A stretch of 63,389 nt of DNA, counting the filler, from Octopus bimaculoides (taxonomy: Eukaryota), in the NCBI RefSeq assembly GCF_001194135.2. It is 5 parts of 5 records of this genome, joined end to end, with 100 filler letters (N's around TTAATTAATTAA, not from the genome) between each part and the next. Parts side by side here need not be neighbours in the genome. Positions count along the whole stretch, not along the records: positions 1 to 18,488 come from NC_068989.1; 4 more parts are not named here. One strand, given 5' to 3'. Both the position numbers and the translations under genes were made by a program. This document shows positions 1 through 12,708 of this stretch, one piece after another (within the stretch, counting starts at the first letter, position 1; every line of letters begins with the position of its first letter). The notes under the pieces were generated by a model. It saw only the letters and a program-made list of their open reading frames with translations, searched no databases and was not told where the DNA came from.

Positions 1-56
<56 letters not shown>
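1..56. repeat. (GA)n microsatellite
   Basis: Pure GA dinucleotide run at the window start. Confidence 0.98.
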
Positions 57-60
<4 letters not shown>

Positions 61-394
61 AAGTGTTGGGGAAAGTGGAAGAAGAAAAAGATGCTGAAAT
101 AAAGCTAGAATACTTATTAGTGCTTGTTCTAATTATTATCTAATAACTAAAGAAATATTTGTTTTGGAAATATATATCTCGATAAGGTGCAGACAGGGCA
201 CCATTGAATGACATATGCAACCCCTGGGGCGATCTTAAATATTGCTATGAGGTTTTATATAAAAAAAAAAATTGAATAGCTGGTTATCAGTTTCGTAGTG
301 TTTTACATGATAATATTAATGAAGTCGTTCTGAAACTCCATAGCTGAACTAAAGCTTTCTTATTGGCTGAGCCGAAGAACCACTTAATTCCATA

Positions 395-683
395 GCAGTG
401 TGAAACGGTGCCTTTCACATGCAAACAAACAAGGTCTCCTGAAAAAAAAATTCTAACTTCCGGTTAGCCATCACTATGATTAGCCATTACTATGATTGAC
501 CGTTGACTGAACACTATTCAATTTTTTTTCTCCGTGTTTTTCTCCTTGTCTCCGTATTCTTTCTGTTGAAGAGCGTAGCTCGAAACGTCAAAGACTTTCC
601 GTATTCCCGAGCGTCATACTAATACAGCCTTTTGTTATTTACACCACCTGTCCTCGTCTGTTGTTGTTTTTTCGTACATTCTC

Positions 684-686
<3 letters not shown>
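395..686 (+). mobile_element. Probable 3' end (pseudo-LTR) of a Penelope-like retroelement, ending at a (TA)n tract
   Basis: Contains a minimal hammerhead-like fold at 558-594 with the palindromic GAAACGTC motif typical of PLE pLTRs, and runs directly into (TA)n at 686. Family assignment is inference. Confidence 0.55.
558..594 (+). ncRNA. Minimal type I hammerhead ribozyme-like motif, variant core CUGUUGA
   Basis: Stem I TCTTT (558-562) pairs with AAAGA (590-594). Core CTGTTGA at 563-569, stem II GAG/CTC with loop CGTAG, GAAA at 582-585, palindromic ACGT as stem III, predicted GUC cleavage site at 587-589. Confidence 0.6.

Positions 687-768
<82 letters not shown>
686..768. repeat. (TA)n microsatellite
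   Basis: Pure TA run. Confidence 0.98.
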
Positions 769-769
<1 letters not shown>

Positions 770-803
770 GTGCATGTACAATTATAAGTACATACACACG
801 CAC

Positions 804-1154
804 GACGCATGGCTCAGTGGTTAGAGCGTCGGGCTTACAATCATGAGGTAATAAATTCGATTCCCAGACCGGGCTGTGTGTTGTGTTCTTGCGCATGACA
901 CTTTATTTCACGGCACTCCAGTGCACTCAGCTGTAGGAACGAGTTCTGACGTCATTGGTGCCAGAATGCATTAGCCTTTGCTTTTCCGTTGGGTAACATT
1001 GGTTGCGTGGAGAGGGGTGGCTGGTATGCATGGACGATTGGTGGTCTTCCATAAACAACCTTAGCTGGACTTCTGCCTCGGAGGGGATCTTTCTAGTCAC
1101 AATCCCATAATCCCATGGTAATTCATGACCGAAGGGGATCTTTACCCTTTACCC
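804..1154 (+). mobile_element. tRNA-derived SINE, family D (CORE-like body)
   Basis: Pol III A box (TGGCTCAGTGG) and B box-like (TTCGATTCCC) head, body and (TTTACCC) tail match the copy at 36181-36508. Confidence 0.85.
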
Positions 1155-1190
1155 ATATATTTTATATTATATATTATATATTATATATTA

Positions 1191-1243
<53 letters not shown>

Positions 1244-1689
1244 TGCATGGATGTATGGATGTATACTGTTGATGTCATAAAAATTTATATTCTTCTAGAG
1301 ATTGTAGGATAATTCTGTTTGGAATTTCTTCTCGAAGTACACATAGAGTTATAATAAGAGCATATAAATATTGGGTTGGAAAATTCGGTTGGACAGAATA
1401 AGTAGAAGGCCGCCAGTGAGTCTCGAAACCACATCTCCTGTAGACATGACAGGTATTCAGTCATTGAGTGTGAATGTGTGTGTGCGTGTGTGTGTGTGTG
1501 TGTGTGTGCGTGTGTGTGTGTGTTTGGGAGAGAGGGAGAGTGGATGTGTGTGTGCGCGCGCACGCGTGGTTGCGTATCTATATGCATGTGTATGTAAGTA
1601 TATGCATATATATATAACTCTGTGTGTGTGTGGGTGTGCGGGTGCGCGCGCGCGTAAGCGTGTCTCAAAAATCACAAATGTGTTTCAGT

Positions 1690-2491
1690 TTGTAATGACT
1701 TCCTTACCTTACAGATATATGAATGAAATTTTGATACAGTGTAAAGGACATAAAGGAAATTTTGCAACACCAAAATGACATCTCTTAAATGGCAGCCATT
1801 TTCGGCCTTGCACGCACGTGCTCTTTCCAAAGCTTGCACCATAAAACCCTCAAGAGTTTCAGACCCCACTTCTCTGATTTCCCTACTGATGTTCTCCTTC
1901 AGTTGCACTAGGGTCTCCGGTTTGTTGACGTAAACCCTCTCTTTTAAATGTCCATGACTGAGACCATTTTGCGCTCAGTCATTCAAAGTAGACCTCACAC
2001 ATGGTTCCAGCAAGATGGGGCAGCTTCTCATACCACAAGAGAAACAATTCAGTTGCTACGTCAATGCTTTGGAGAGAGAATGTTCTCCCGCTACGGCTAT
2101 GTCAACTGACCTTCACGTTCTCCAAACTTGACTATCCCGGATTTTTTTATTGAGGGGATACCTGAAAGAGAGGCTTTACGGCAACAAACTGGAGACCCTA
2201 GTGCAACTGAAGGAGAATATCAATAGAGAAATCAGAGAAGTGGGGTCTGAAACTCCTGAGGGTATTATGGTGCAAAGTTTGGAAAAAGCACGGACGTCCG
2301 AAGCTGAAAATGGCTGCCATTTAAGAGACGTTATTTTTCATATGTGATGTAATGGTGTTGCAAAATTCGACTTGTGCATATTAATTTCCATTATGTCCTT
2401 TATATTGTATCAACATTTCATGCATTTATTTGTAAAGTTAAGCAAGTTATCAAAAATTGAGATATATCAGTGCCTTTTCGTATACCTTGTA
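1690..2491. mobile_element. Fold-back Tc1/mariner remnant (DD41D/rosa-like): transposase 3' half on + with an inverted copy on -
   Basis: 2002 onward reads WFQQDGAASHTTRE...*PSRSPNLTIPDFF, with 41 residues between the two Asp. LKERLY...ENGCHLRDVI occurs on + (2150-2347) and on - (1672-1908 ORF). TIR-like end at about 2460-2489 followed by TA. Confidence 0.85.
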
Positions 2492-2492
2492 C

Positions 2493-2533
<41 letters not shown>

Positions 2534-2823
2534 CGTATGTATGTATGTATGTATAATATAATGCAATTTATATGTATATACTTATAATATACATACATAT
2601 AGGTACATCTGCTTGCACAAGTACATATAAACATAAATATGTGGTTATATATTCGTGTAAACACGTATACATATGTTTATATATGCATATAAAAAAGCCA
2701 TATAAATATACTTATATAATTATATATGTATATAATCATATAAATATATATATGTATATATATACATATACATACATATATACACATACCTCCATAAATG
2801 CTAATATACACAAACGTAGATAA

Positions 2824-2824
<1 letters not shown>

Positions 2825-2878
<54 letters not shown>
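2825..2878. repeat. (GATA)n microsatellite
   Basis: Pure tetranucleotide run. Confidence 0.97.
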
Positions 2879-2879
<1 letters not shown>

Positions 2880-3485
2880 CAGTTTGAAGAAGAAAAATAA
2901 ATTGTAAAAGAAACGATAAGGAAGGAAGTGAAATGAAAGAGTGGAGAATGAGCTCGGGTAGTTTTACTGTGGCAATTTAATCCCGACTACAGTCCGCCAC
3001 CCACGATTTCAATCTCCTGCTGAGTTTTATATTACGGGTATGTAGTCCTATATTACAGGATATGTTAAGATAAATACGGTGTGTATGTAGTTAGCTGCTT
3101 GTTTGCTCATACATACATACATACATACATACATACATACATACATACATACATACATACAAAGTTGTATGTGTGGTGAGTGTGTATATATATTTCGTCT
3201 ATGCGCATTACATGTATCTGTGCTTATGAGTGCTAGATTATAAATATAAATACACACTTACACACACACGCGCACACATACATACATACATACATACATA
3301 CATACATACATACGTACTTACATATATACGTAGGTGCACACACACGTACGCAAACTCACGATTCACGCACTATCTACTTTCTTACTCCGTGTGACGGACT
3401 TGTACGATGTTTCTTGTGCAGTTCCTGAATACCAGGTTACACATACACGTATGTGCGCATACGTGCATGCGTGCGTGCGAGAGTG

Positions 3486-3554
<69 letters not shown>

Positions 3555-3874
3555 CTGTTTGTGTATGTGTGTTTGTGCGTTGACTGCAATTTCGAGCTCA
3601 GATAGAAAGAATATCAACACACTCACTCATGCATACAGCTACTTAAGTATATTTTTGGGGTCTGTATGCGTGCTTATATTTTGCTGTAGAAAATCTCCAT
3701 ATGGTCATGGTACAAAAGTTTTGTTCTGGACCAACATGCATTGTTAAGTACTATACTTCCGCTAACAAGGGCTAAATTATAATGATCATTTTACAAAGCG
3801 AAGAACGTTCCTACATGATCTCTCACCTTTGTAAAGAAAATAGAAAAAACTACACACGCGCGCACACTCTCACA

Positions 3875-3910
<36 letters not shown>

Positions 3911-4728
3911 TGTGTGTATACATATTTGTGAATAGATGCATGGTGGTGCACCAGCATGAGCGCAGCCGCATGACTGAACCGATTGAAAGAATATATGTAT
4001 ATATGTTTGACTACCTATATATATATATATATATATATATATTCATTTAAAATACAGAGATGCCTGTAATAGGACATCTAACCCGCTAGAAATAGCAGCA
4101 AAAGGCTACATACCACAAAAAGTAAGGATAATTTCGAAAGGGAATGAAAAATAAAAACATTTACCAATCTATATTCTGTACCATGGTTTCAAGTCAATTT
4201 TAGTAAGATAAAAATTATATATCTCACAAAGGTCGGACTATCNNNNNNNNNNNNNNNNNNNNNNNNNNNNNNNNNNNNNNNNNNNNNNNNNNNNNNNNNN
4301 NNNNNNNNNNNNNNNNNNNNNNNNNNNNNNNNNNNNNNNNNNNNNNNNNNNNNNNNNNNNNNNNNNNNNNNNNNNNNNNNNNNNNNNNNNNNNNNNNNNN
4401 NNNNNNNNNNNNNNNNNNNNNNNNNNNNNNNNNNNNNNNNNNNNNNNNNNNNNNNNNNNNNNNNNNNNNNNNNNNNNNNNNNNNNNNNNNNNNNNNNNNN
4501 NNNNNNNNNNNNNNNNNNNNNNNNNNNNNNNNNNNNNNNNNNNNNNNNNNNNNNNNNNNNNNNNNNNNNNNNNNNNNNNNNNNNNNNNNNNNNNNNNNNN
4601 NNNNNNNNNNNNNNNNNNNNNNNNNNNNNNNNNNNNNNNNNNNNNNNNNNNNNNNNNNNNNNNNNNNNNNNNNNNNNNNNNNNNNNNNNNNNNNNNNNNN
4701 NNNNNNNNNNNNNNNNNNNNNNATATAT

Positions 4729-5575
4729 ATAACATTCTTTATCTCTCTGTCTCTATGTCTGTCTCTTCCCTATGCATTCTCAAACGGCTCGACCAAGTCA
4801 GATCAAATTTTGCAAGGTAATAAATAGTGTCAATTCCCGTGACTATCACCATACATTTTTGTTTTGTCATTTGAATTAAAACAATTTAACATTGGCGCTA
4901 GTTCGGTATTACGTGTCAAAAGTGAAAGAATAAGATTTATATTGGAATATGATATAATATTGTTTCACTTTTATTCTTACACGATTGATTCTTATGTTTC
5001 ACTTTCATTGTTTCACTTTTGATTCTAATGTGATAACACTACGATCAATTTTTTTCTATTATGTTTATGAGACTTTCTCAAGATCAGCAAATGCAAGAAC
5101 CACTTGAATTCTGGGTGGAGGAGGCAATGTAATCAACTAGCACAGAAGTGAGATGAGACTTTCTCAAAACCAGCAAGGGCATGCTGTAACACATCAAAGG
5201 GAGTATTGAAAGGGAAAGGAGATGAGACTTTCCCAAGATCAGCAAATGCGTGTTGCAGCACATCAGGTGGAGGCGTCAAAACTTCAAACGATGGGTCATG
5301 TTAGAAGCAGGGCCGTCCGCCGCAAAGGAGCATATATCCAATCACAGCTTTTCGGTGCGTTCAAAATTCACATAGCACCCCACTCCCAATTTTCCATGAC
5401 AGGTTATGGTCCGGAATACTCCAAACGGGCGCATAACACGTCGCTTAGTCGAATTAGCCCATTGTTTACTCTACAAATGTTTTGTCGTCAATGATGCACT
5501 TTCCCGTATCAGCTTTTTCAACATAACTAATAAATACACAAACTACGCCATTTTAATCCCGAGCAACTCCGGCTA
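4729..5575 (+). mobile_element. Possible non-autonomous Helitron-like element
   Basis: 5' part has (TCTG/TCTC)-rich sequence then AAACGGCTCGACC...AAATTTTG, and the 3' part has the hairpin CCCGAGCAACTCCGG. Both resemble non-autonomous Helitron ends. True termini are hidden by N gaps on both sides. Confidence 0.4.
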
Positions 5576-5983
5576 NNNNNNNNNNNNNNNNNNNNNNNNN
5601 NNNNNNNNNNNNNNNNNNNNNNNNNNNNNNNNNNNNNNNNNNNNNNNNNNNNNNNNNNNNNNNNNNNNNNNNNNNNNNNNNNNNNNNNNNNNNNNNNNNN
5701 NNNNNNNNNNNNNNNNNNNNNNNNNNNNNNNNNNNNNNNNNNNNNNNNNNNNNNNNNNNNNNNNNNNNNNNNNNNNNNNNNNNNNNNNNNNNNNNNNNNN
5801 NNNNNNNNNNNNNNNNNNNNNNNNNNNNNNNNNNNNNNNNNNNNNNNNNNNNNNNNNNNNNNNNNNNNNNNNNNNNNNNNNNNNNNNNNNNNNNNNNNNN
5901 NNNNNNNNNNNNNNNNNNNNNNNNNNNNNNNNNNNNNNNNNNNNNNNNNNNNNNNNNNNNNNNNNNNNNNNNNNNNNNNNNNN

Positions 5984-7135
5984 CTGGTCTAAATATCGCG
6001 AAAATGGAAATAACACTGACTTCTCATTTTAATAGATATATTTGCCAAAATTACATAAAAATGTCTTGAAATACTAAAGAGTAAATTTATTCAATAAAAT
6101 CGCCATTGGCTTCAACCACAGCCTCCTGCGACTCTTCTCAACGGTCTCCTTCGTTATGTTGGTCAATGCTGCCTTAATCCTTGCCTTCAGTCCATGTTTT
6201 TGTGTTACAAAGTGTTCTGTTGGTCACTCGCTCAATTCCATACCATCCATCAAAGGGCTTGCAGTCTGAGGAGTGAAGGGGCCAGATGTTAGGGATGATA
6301 TCGTCCCAGAAATTATCTAACAGCCACGACTGGGTTCTCCTGCTTGTGTGACATGGTTCAGAGTCGTGTTGAGTCTGAGGTCGCGTGGGAAGTTAAATGG
6401 AATCATAACGTCACCAGCACTAGTGATCAATCCAAACACCATGATGTTGGCTGAATGTTTGATTTTTATCACTCTCGGTACATGTTTTGGGGACACGGCA
6501 AGCCAACAGTTGTTCTATGCGTTCATCATATGATACTGACAGAAACTTTTCTCGTCTAAGAAAAACCAAAGCATGTTCAGTTGGAGGGGATGCTTGAGTT
6601 TGTTCAAAATTTCGTAGAGCTGTTTATCTTTTTGTCCTTGAACGTTTGGGATGAAAAATTGACCCTTTCTCATCTTGTATGAAGAATACCGTATGTCTTC
6701 ATTAAGACATTCAGACACTCCCACGTCCTGGCAATGGACCTGATTGACTGGAGGGATCATTGTCGGGTCCTGGATCTCACCAACAAATTCAAGAATTCTA
6801 TTCTTATCAGAACGATCAGAGTGCGTTTTCCCAGCTGCCGTATCTTCGTAATCACCAACACTTTCAACTCTTTCTAACTCGTTCCGAATCCTCTCCACTG
6901 ACACCTAAATTCTCTGAAATGTTCTTATTGGAACTTCCAGAGCGAATGCCAAGCTGTACAGCATGTCGTTTCCAAATTTCTGGTAAAAGGAATTGCGTCG
7001 TGATGTTGTTTTTCGCACAGACAATGCCCAACTGACCCTACTATACTGTGTAGTCGAAAAAAATCAAAAACAAACAATGCGCATGCGGCGACAACTTACC
7101 CACAATGTGGCGACAACTTACCCACTACAGCCTGT
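5984..7135 (-). mobile_element. Decayed Tc1/mariner DD37D (maT-like) transposon
   Basis: Minus-strand frames give KTHSDRSDK...EDIRYSSYKMRKGQF...KLKHPLQLNMLWFFLDEKSF...IMVFGLITSAGDVM...GDFIE* (stop near 6087). TIR-like end TACAGGCTGTAGTGGGTAAGTTGTCGCC at about 7108-7137, with GGCGACAACTTACCCAC present twice. Multiple stops and frameshifts. Confidence 0.88.
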
Positions 7136-8054
7136 ATATATATATAGATACCTACATATATATANNNNNNNNNNNNNNNNNNNNNNNNNNNNNNNNNNNN
7201 NNNNNNNNNNNNNNNNNNNNNNNNNNNNNNNNNNNNNNNNNNNNNNNNNNNNNNNNNNNNNNNNNNNNNNNNNNNNNNNNNNNNNNNNNNNNNNNNNNNN
7301 NNNNNNNNNNNNNNNNNNNNNNNNNNNNNNNNNNNNNNNNNNNNNNNNNNNNNNNNNNNNNNNNNNNNNNNNNNNNNNNNNNNNNNNNNNNNNNNNNNNN
7401 NNNNNNNNNNNNNNNNNNNNNNNNNNNNNNNNNNNNNNNNNNNNNNNNNNNNNNNNNNNNNNNNNNNNNNNNNNNNNNNNNNNNNNNNNNNNNNNNNNNN
7501 NNNNNNNNNNNNNNNNNNNNNNNNNNNNNNNNNNNNNNNNNNNNNNNNNNNNNNNNNNNNNNNNNNNNNNNNNNNNNNNNNNNNNNNNNNNNNNNNNNNN
7601 NNNNNNNNNNNNNNNNNNNNNNNNNNNNNNNNNNNNNNNNNNNNNNNNNNNNNNNNNNNNNNNNNNNNNNNNNNNNNNNNNNNNNNNNNNNNNNNNNNNN
7701 NNNNNNNNNNNNNNNNNNNNNNNNNNNNNNNNNNNNNNNNNNNNNNNNNNNNNNNNNNNNNNNNNNNNNNNNNNNNNNNNNNNNNNNNNNNNNNNNNNNN
7801 NNNNNNNNNNNNNNNNNNNNNNNNNNNNNNNNNNNNNNNNNNNNNNNNNNNNNNNNNNNNNNNNNNNNNNNNNNNNNNNNNNNNNNNNNNNNNNNNNNNN
7901 NNNNNNNNNNNNNNNNNNNNNNNNNNNNNNNNNNNNNNNNNNNNNNNNNNNNNNNNNNNNNNNNNNNNNNNNNNNNNNNNNNNNNNNNNNNNNNNNNNNN
8001 NNNNNNNNNNNNNNNNNNNNNNNNNNNNNNNNNNNNNNNNNNNNNNNNNNNNNN

Positions 8055-8098
<44 letters not shown>

Positions 8099-8999
8099 GT
8101 ACATACACACATACATAAATACACTTATTTTTTTCTTTGGCATTAATCCAGAATTCTAGTTGATCGATTGCCTAGGAACGTGATTTATTTATAAACCGTT
8201 GTGGTCATTTGTTTTTCCCCAATAGTTGTTCAGAACTCTGGCTGGTTGATTGTCATTTGTTTATCAAATGTCCTGCTCACTTGCTTTTGTCTGACAGTCA
8301 TCGAGTGATGTCACGATCGGTTGAATGCTTAATAACATCCCTTACTTTTATTTTTTATTTTTCTCCTCAGAATTTGGTTTTAATTCAACCGGCGACTCCT
8401 ATTGTGACGTCACGAAACAATGTCTGGAAGGTGTAATAAAGTGGTTTAAGTTTTGATTGCAACTCCTGGTCAAAGCACGTTACCCGAATGTTTTATTTAT
8501 TTTTACTTTTATTGTTTCTTGTCGAGTCGAATATACAATTTTTTTATTCTTGTGTCTTGTTTTAAAGTATTTAGATTTGGTTTATATTTATGAAAGACAT
8601 ATTTTTCTTACTTAAACAGAATTGTACTGACGTGTCCCGATGCCTTGATATAAAAGAAAATTTGATATTTGTGGTGCTTGTTTGTTGGAGAATTATATAG
8701 GCGCAGGCGACATCAGTCTGGAGTAGCATAAGGACACAGGAAATGTGTCAAGGCCGACAGGAAGCGGTGTAGTTTCCAAGGTCTAACCAACAGTAGTATT
8801 ATTCCCTTCAGGGGACTGTCACATTAAGTTGACAGCGTACAACTACTTCAAGAAATGACATTGTTTTTAATTCCTATCATTAATAAATTATTCTAATATT
8901 ATATTCAATTCATTCTTTATTCACTTTAGTTTTCTTTTTAGTTTCAGCCCGAGGGTTGCAGCTATGCTGGGGCATCACCGTTTGCTTTGTTACACTTTC

Positions 9000-10250
9000 G
9001 CTAAACCTCCTCTGATGCGTGGCATTTGGTGAATAAGAGAGTTTGATGTTGCTGCCCTCATCTGTGTTTCTTACCTTGAGGTAGGTTCATCAGGAACTCT
9101 TGACAGGATGAAATCCAGTTTTGTTTTGAAAACGCTTACATCCACGCCATGCAGGTCATTCAGGTTTAGTGGGAGGATATTGAAGAGCTGTGGGCCCTTG
9201 AAGCCCAAACTGTTGTAATATATGGTACTGTATTCTGATGGCAATGTTGGGAGTTTTGGTAGCATGCAGTGGCGCCCCGTCCTGCTGCTTGTGTATCTGG
9301 CAATGCCAAAGTTTGGTACAAGTTCTTCTTTCCAGATCTATATTTCTGCGTATCTTTCCTGCCTTCGTTCTAATGAGTAGACATAACTCTTTCAGTCTCT
9401 CCCAGTAGCTGACATGTCACATTGAGACAATCTTCTTTATGTAGCTTCGCTAGACTGCCTCGGGTTCCGTCGTTAATTTTACACTGTTTGATGAGCACAG
9501 TTAGGAGTAGTAATCCAGAAGGCAGAGGACGAAAGACCTCTAGAGGACCATCATGGTTTCCCTCAGAGTTCGAAGGATTCATCCGGCCAAGCGTCTGCAT
9601 TTTATTGCCAACTTGATAATATACACCTGGAAAGATGCATCATTACTCATCGATGCCTAGATCACACACTGATTTTGATTCAGGGATCGCAATTCCTCCT
9701 GGGCCAGTGTATCTTGTCTTTTTTCCATTGAGCTTCGAGTGTTCGTACTGCAGTGCTTGGAATTTTCCAGCCATTAAACTGCATATTATTTTCCTCTGCC
9801 CACCTGCATATTGTGTTCAACTCCCGTTGCAGATGCGCTACGTCTCCAGCGTTCTGTATCGTCTGAGAGAAATTCATATCGTCTGCATAGTTTGGTATGC
9901 TACTTAAGCAGCTGAGGGCACGTCTAAGAAGGCCATTATGAATAGCAGCAGCCTCGAGAGAGTGCCCTGTGGAACACCACTCCTTATTTGTGTTTCCTTG
10001 GAGGTGGCCCCGTTGGCCACCACTACCTGACTTCTATCCTTTAGAAAGTGACGAAGTCATTCTCCAAGTTTTCGAACGATGCCAAGATTACGCAGCTTGT
10101 GACATGGTTGTGCATAAAATACGTATTACTCAAATAGTGATGAACTATTTAACGTACGGATGTGTAAATTATGCTATACACGGTGATAATAACTTCATTT
10201 TTGACTACTTCATAAAGTGGGTGAATATCTAATTGCCTGGGGAAAAAAAA
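9000..10250 (-). mobile_element. 5'-truncated, decayed CR1-like LINE (RT domain to 3' end)
   Basis: Minus-strand peptides DRSQVVVANGATSKETQIRSGVPQG, LQRELNTICRWAEENNMQFN and KGPQLFNILP...FKTKLDFILSRVPDEP are CR1-group RT and C-terminal motifs. Confidence 0.85.
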
Positions 10251-10962
10251 CATGGTACAGGGGCTACAGCGAGGAGCGGTCAGCATATTGTGTGAGTTTC
10301 CGCCAGAAGTAACACTCCCTTGCTTTTTCTGCACATCAAAAATCCTGAAGAAATGTGTTTAGATTACTATAATTGCAACCACAGTTATGGTTTTCTGACG
10401 CATACACTCATACGTACATACATACGTACATACATACATACATACATACATACATACATACACACATACACATACACACACACATACACACATATATTTA
10501 TATATCAATGAAAAATAGGAAATGCCATTTAAACAGATGCACATCTGCACAAATCACATACACATAGATTACATCACACTTGAAAGAAGATACATTGACA
10601 AGCACTTATCCCTGTAAGTATAAAAGCACGCATCTATACGTAAATACATACATAGATAAATGCATGCATACATACATACATACATACATACATACATACA
10701 TAAACGCATTTGAAATTAGCGTGGTCACCATAATGATACGCTCTAAGTGGCTGAAGTACAGCCAGCTTGAGGAATGGGTGTATACACACACGAGGATGGT
10801 GATGAGGAGCGGGTAGGTGTAGGGCGCATAAAAAGAAGGGAGTGTATATTGTGTCCGGATGAAGGATGAGCAGTATGACAGTTGTGCATGAATCATGATG
10901 CACACATACATACATACATGCATACACACACACACACACACACGCACACACANNNNNNNNNN

Positions 10963-11001
<39 letters not shown>

Positions 11002-11108
11002 CATACAACATACATACATGCACACTCTCTCTCACACACACACATATATATATACATATATATACATACACATATACATAAATAAATTTTTATATATACA
11101 TATATATT

Positions 11109-11252
11109 GCGCAGGCGTGGCTGTGTAGTAAGAAGCTTTCTTCCCGACCACATGGTTCCGGGTTCAGACCCACTGCGTGGCACGTTGGGCAAGTGTCTTC
11201 TACTATAGCCTTATAAGTGGATTTGGTAGACGGAAACTGAAAGAAGCTCGTC
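11109..11252 (+). mobile_element. SINE family A (OR1-like), 5' half
   Basis: GCGCAGGCGTGGCTGTGTAGTAAG...GGTTCAGACCC...TTGGGCAAGTGTCTTCTACTATAGCC...AAACTGAAAGAAG, matching many copies in the window. Confidence 0.9.
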
Positions 11253-11499
11253 TTGTATATGTATATATGTATGTATATTTGTGTGTGTGTGTGTGTATTT
11301 GTATATATGCAACTGTGATGTTGGTGCATGCGTGCACGTGAGAGAAAGCGCCTGCCCGTGTACATATGTGTATAAATAAGATATATATTTCTTTTCTGAG
11401 TGTTGGCCATGTAGTTGTGGTCATACTAGTGCACCATCGTGACATTCCACAGTCCACATACTCGTATGTCGTTGATTTCTTTCTGCATGGCGGGATTTC

Positions 11500-12030
11500 A
11501 TAACACCCGTCCTGGTTGTTGGTTCATTCAGTGATTGATAGAGTTTGACAGAACCGTCCTCATCTGTACTTCATATCAGGACATTGGTTCATTTGGTATC
11601 GTAGAGAGGAGATTATCCAAATCCTTGTTTGAAGGCATCCACATCCACATCCTATACGCTACGTAATTCTTTTGGCAGAATATTGCAGAACTTTGGATCC
11701 CAACCTCTTGTAGCAGTTGTTCCTCACTTAAGATGGAGTGGAAAGTAAATTTGTTACAACGCTATGGCATCCAGTAAGTGCATTAGTATAACTCTTTATC
11801 CCGATGTTTCGTACCAGCCCTACCGGAATGTAGGTAAATTATTATATATCTTCCATATCTTTGCTTCACGAAGTAAAAATGAAGTTTTTTTCCACTCTAA
11901 ATACAGTGCTTCCTCTTTAAAAGGTGTCTCACTATACCACGTCCCCGCATATAAAGCAAGTGGTTTGATGGACCCCAAATAATTTGAAGCAGAATTTCTC
12001 TCATTATCGCCCACAACTTGCAAAAACTTT
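11500..12030 (-). mobile_element. Older CR1-like LINE 3' fragment
   Basis: Minus strand gives GLVRNIGIKSYTNALTG and PKFCNILPKELRSV*DVDVDAFKQG, homologous to the C-terminus of the 9000-10250 element. Confidence 0.65.
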
Positions 12031-12708
12031 GATTAAAAGAAGAATTTCAGCGAATTTCAACGAAATACATACCTTAATCAGTAGCTTCATTCTAATTACA
12101 TGTTTTGTGTGCATAATTTCTGTGATTTTGTGATGAAAACAACACCTTTTTGATCGGTGAGCGCTTTTGACAATTTTTTTTTTCCACGATTTGATTGGAT
12201 TGTTTGNNNNNNNNNNNNNNNNNNNNNNNNNNNNNNNNNNNNNNNNNNNNNNNNNNNNNNNNNNNNNNNNNNNNNNNNNNNNNNNNNNNNNNNNNNNNNN
12301 NNNNNNNNNNNNNNNNNNNNNNNNNNNNNNNNNNNNNNNNNNNNNNNNNNNNNNNNNNNNNNNNNNNNNNNNNNNNNNNNNNNNNNNNNNNNNNNNNNNN
12401 NNNNNNNNNNNNNNNNNNNNNNNNNNNNNNNNNNNNNNNNNNNNNNNNNNNNNNNNNNNNNNNNNNNNNNNNNNNNNNNNNNNNNNNNNNNNNNNNNNNN
12501 NNNNNNNNNNNNNNNNNNNNNNNNNNNNNNNNNNNNNNNNNNNNNNNNNNNNNNNNNNNNNNNNNNNNNNNNNNNNNNNNNNNNNNNNNCCTTAAAGGAA
12601 GTAATTAACACCCTGGAGGTACGATTTATATAAAAGGGAGACCATATTCCACTTCGTCCATTACAATTTCAAGCTATCTTGCAGGTATTTAAAAAAAAAA
12701 GTTACCGT

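Noticed and set aside
804-880. tRNA-like sequences at SINE heads
   Set aside because: They have A and B boxes but no complete cloverleaf and continue into SINE bodies, so they are not tRNA genes.
6993-8143. Long ORFs in the track (also 30798-31535, 31943-32994, 33435-34687, 37041-38294 and others)
   Set aside because: They are open only because they run through N gaps and stop-free dinucleotide repeats.
8600-8780. Possible GIY-YIG relic (ICGACLLENYIG) after an acceptor-like TTTTTCTTACTTAAACAG
   Set aside because: The motif is short, spacing is atypical and stops follow at once. It cannot be told from chance without an HMM search.
10740-10900. GC-richer island between microsatellites, possible exon or RT relic
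   Set aside because: No frame gives a recognisable domain and splice signals are not convincing.
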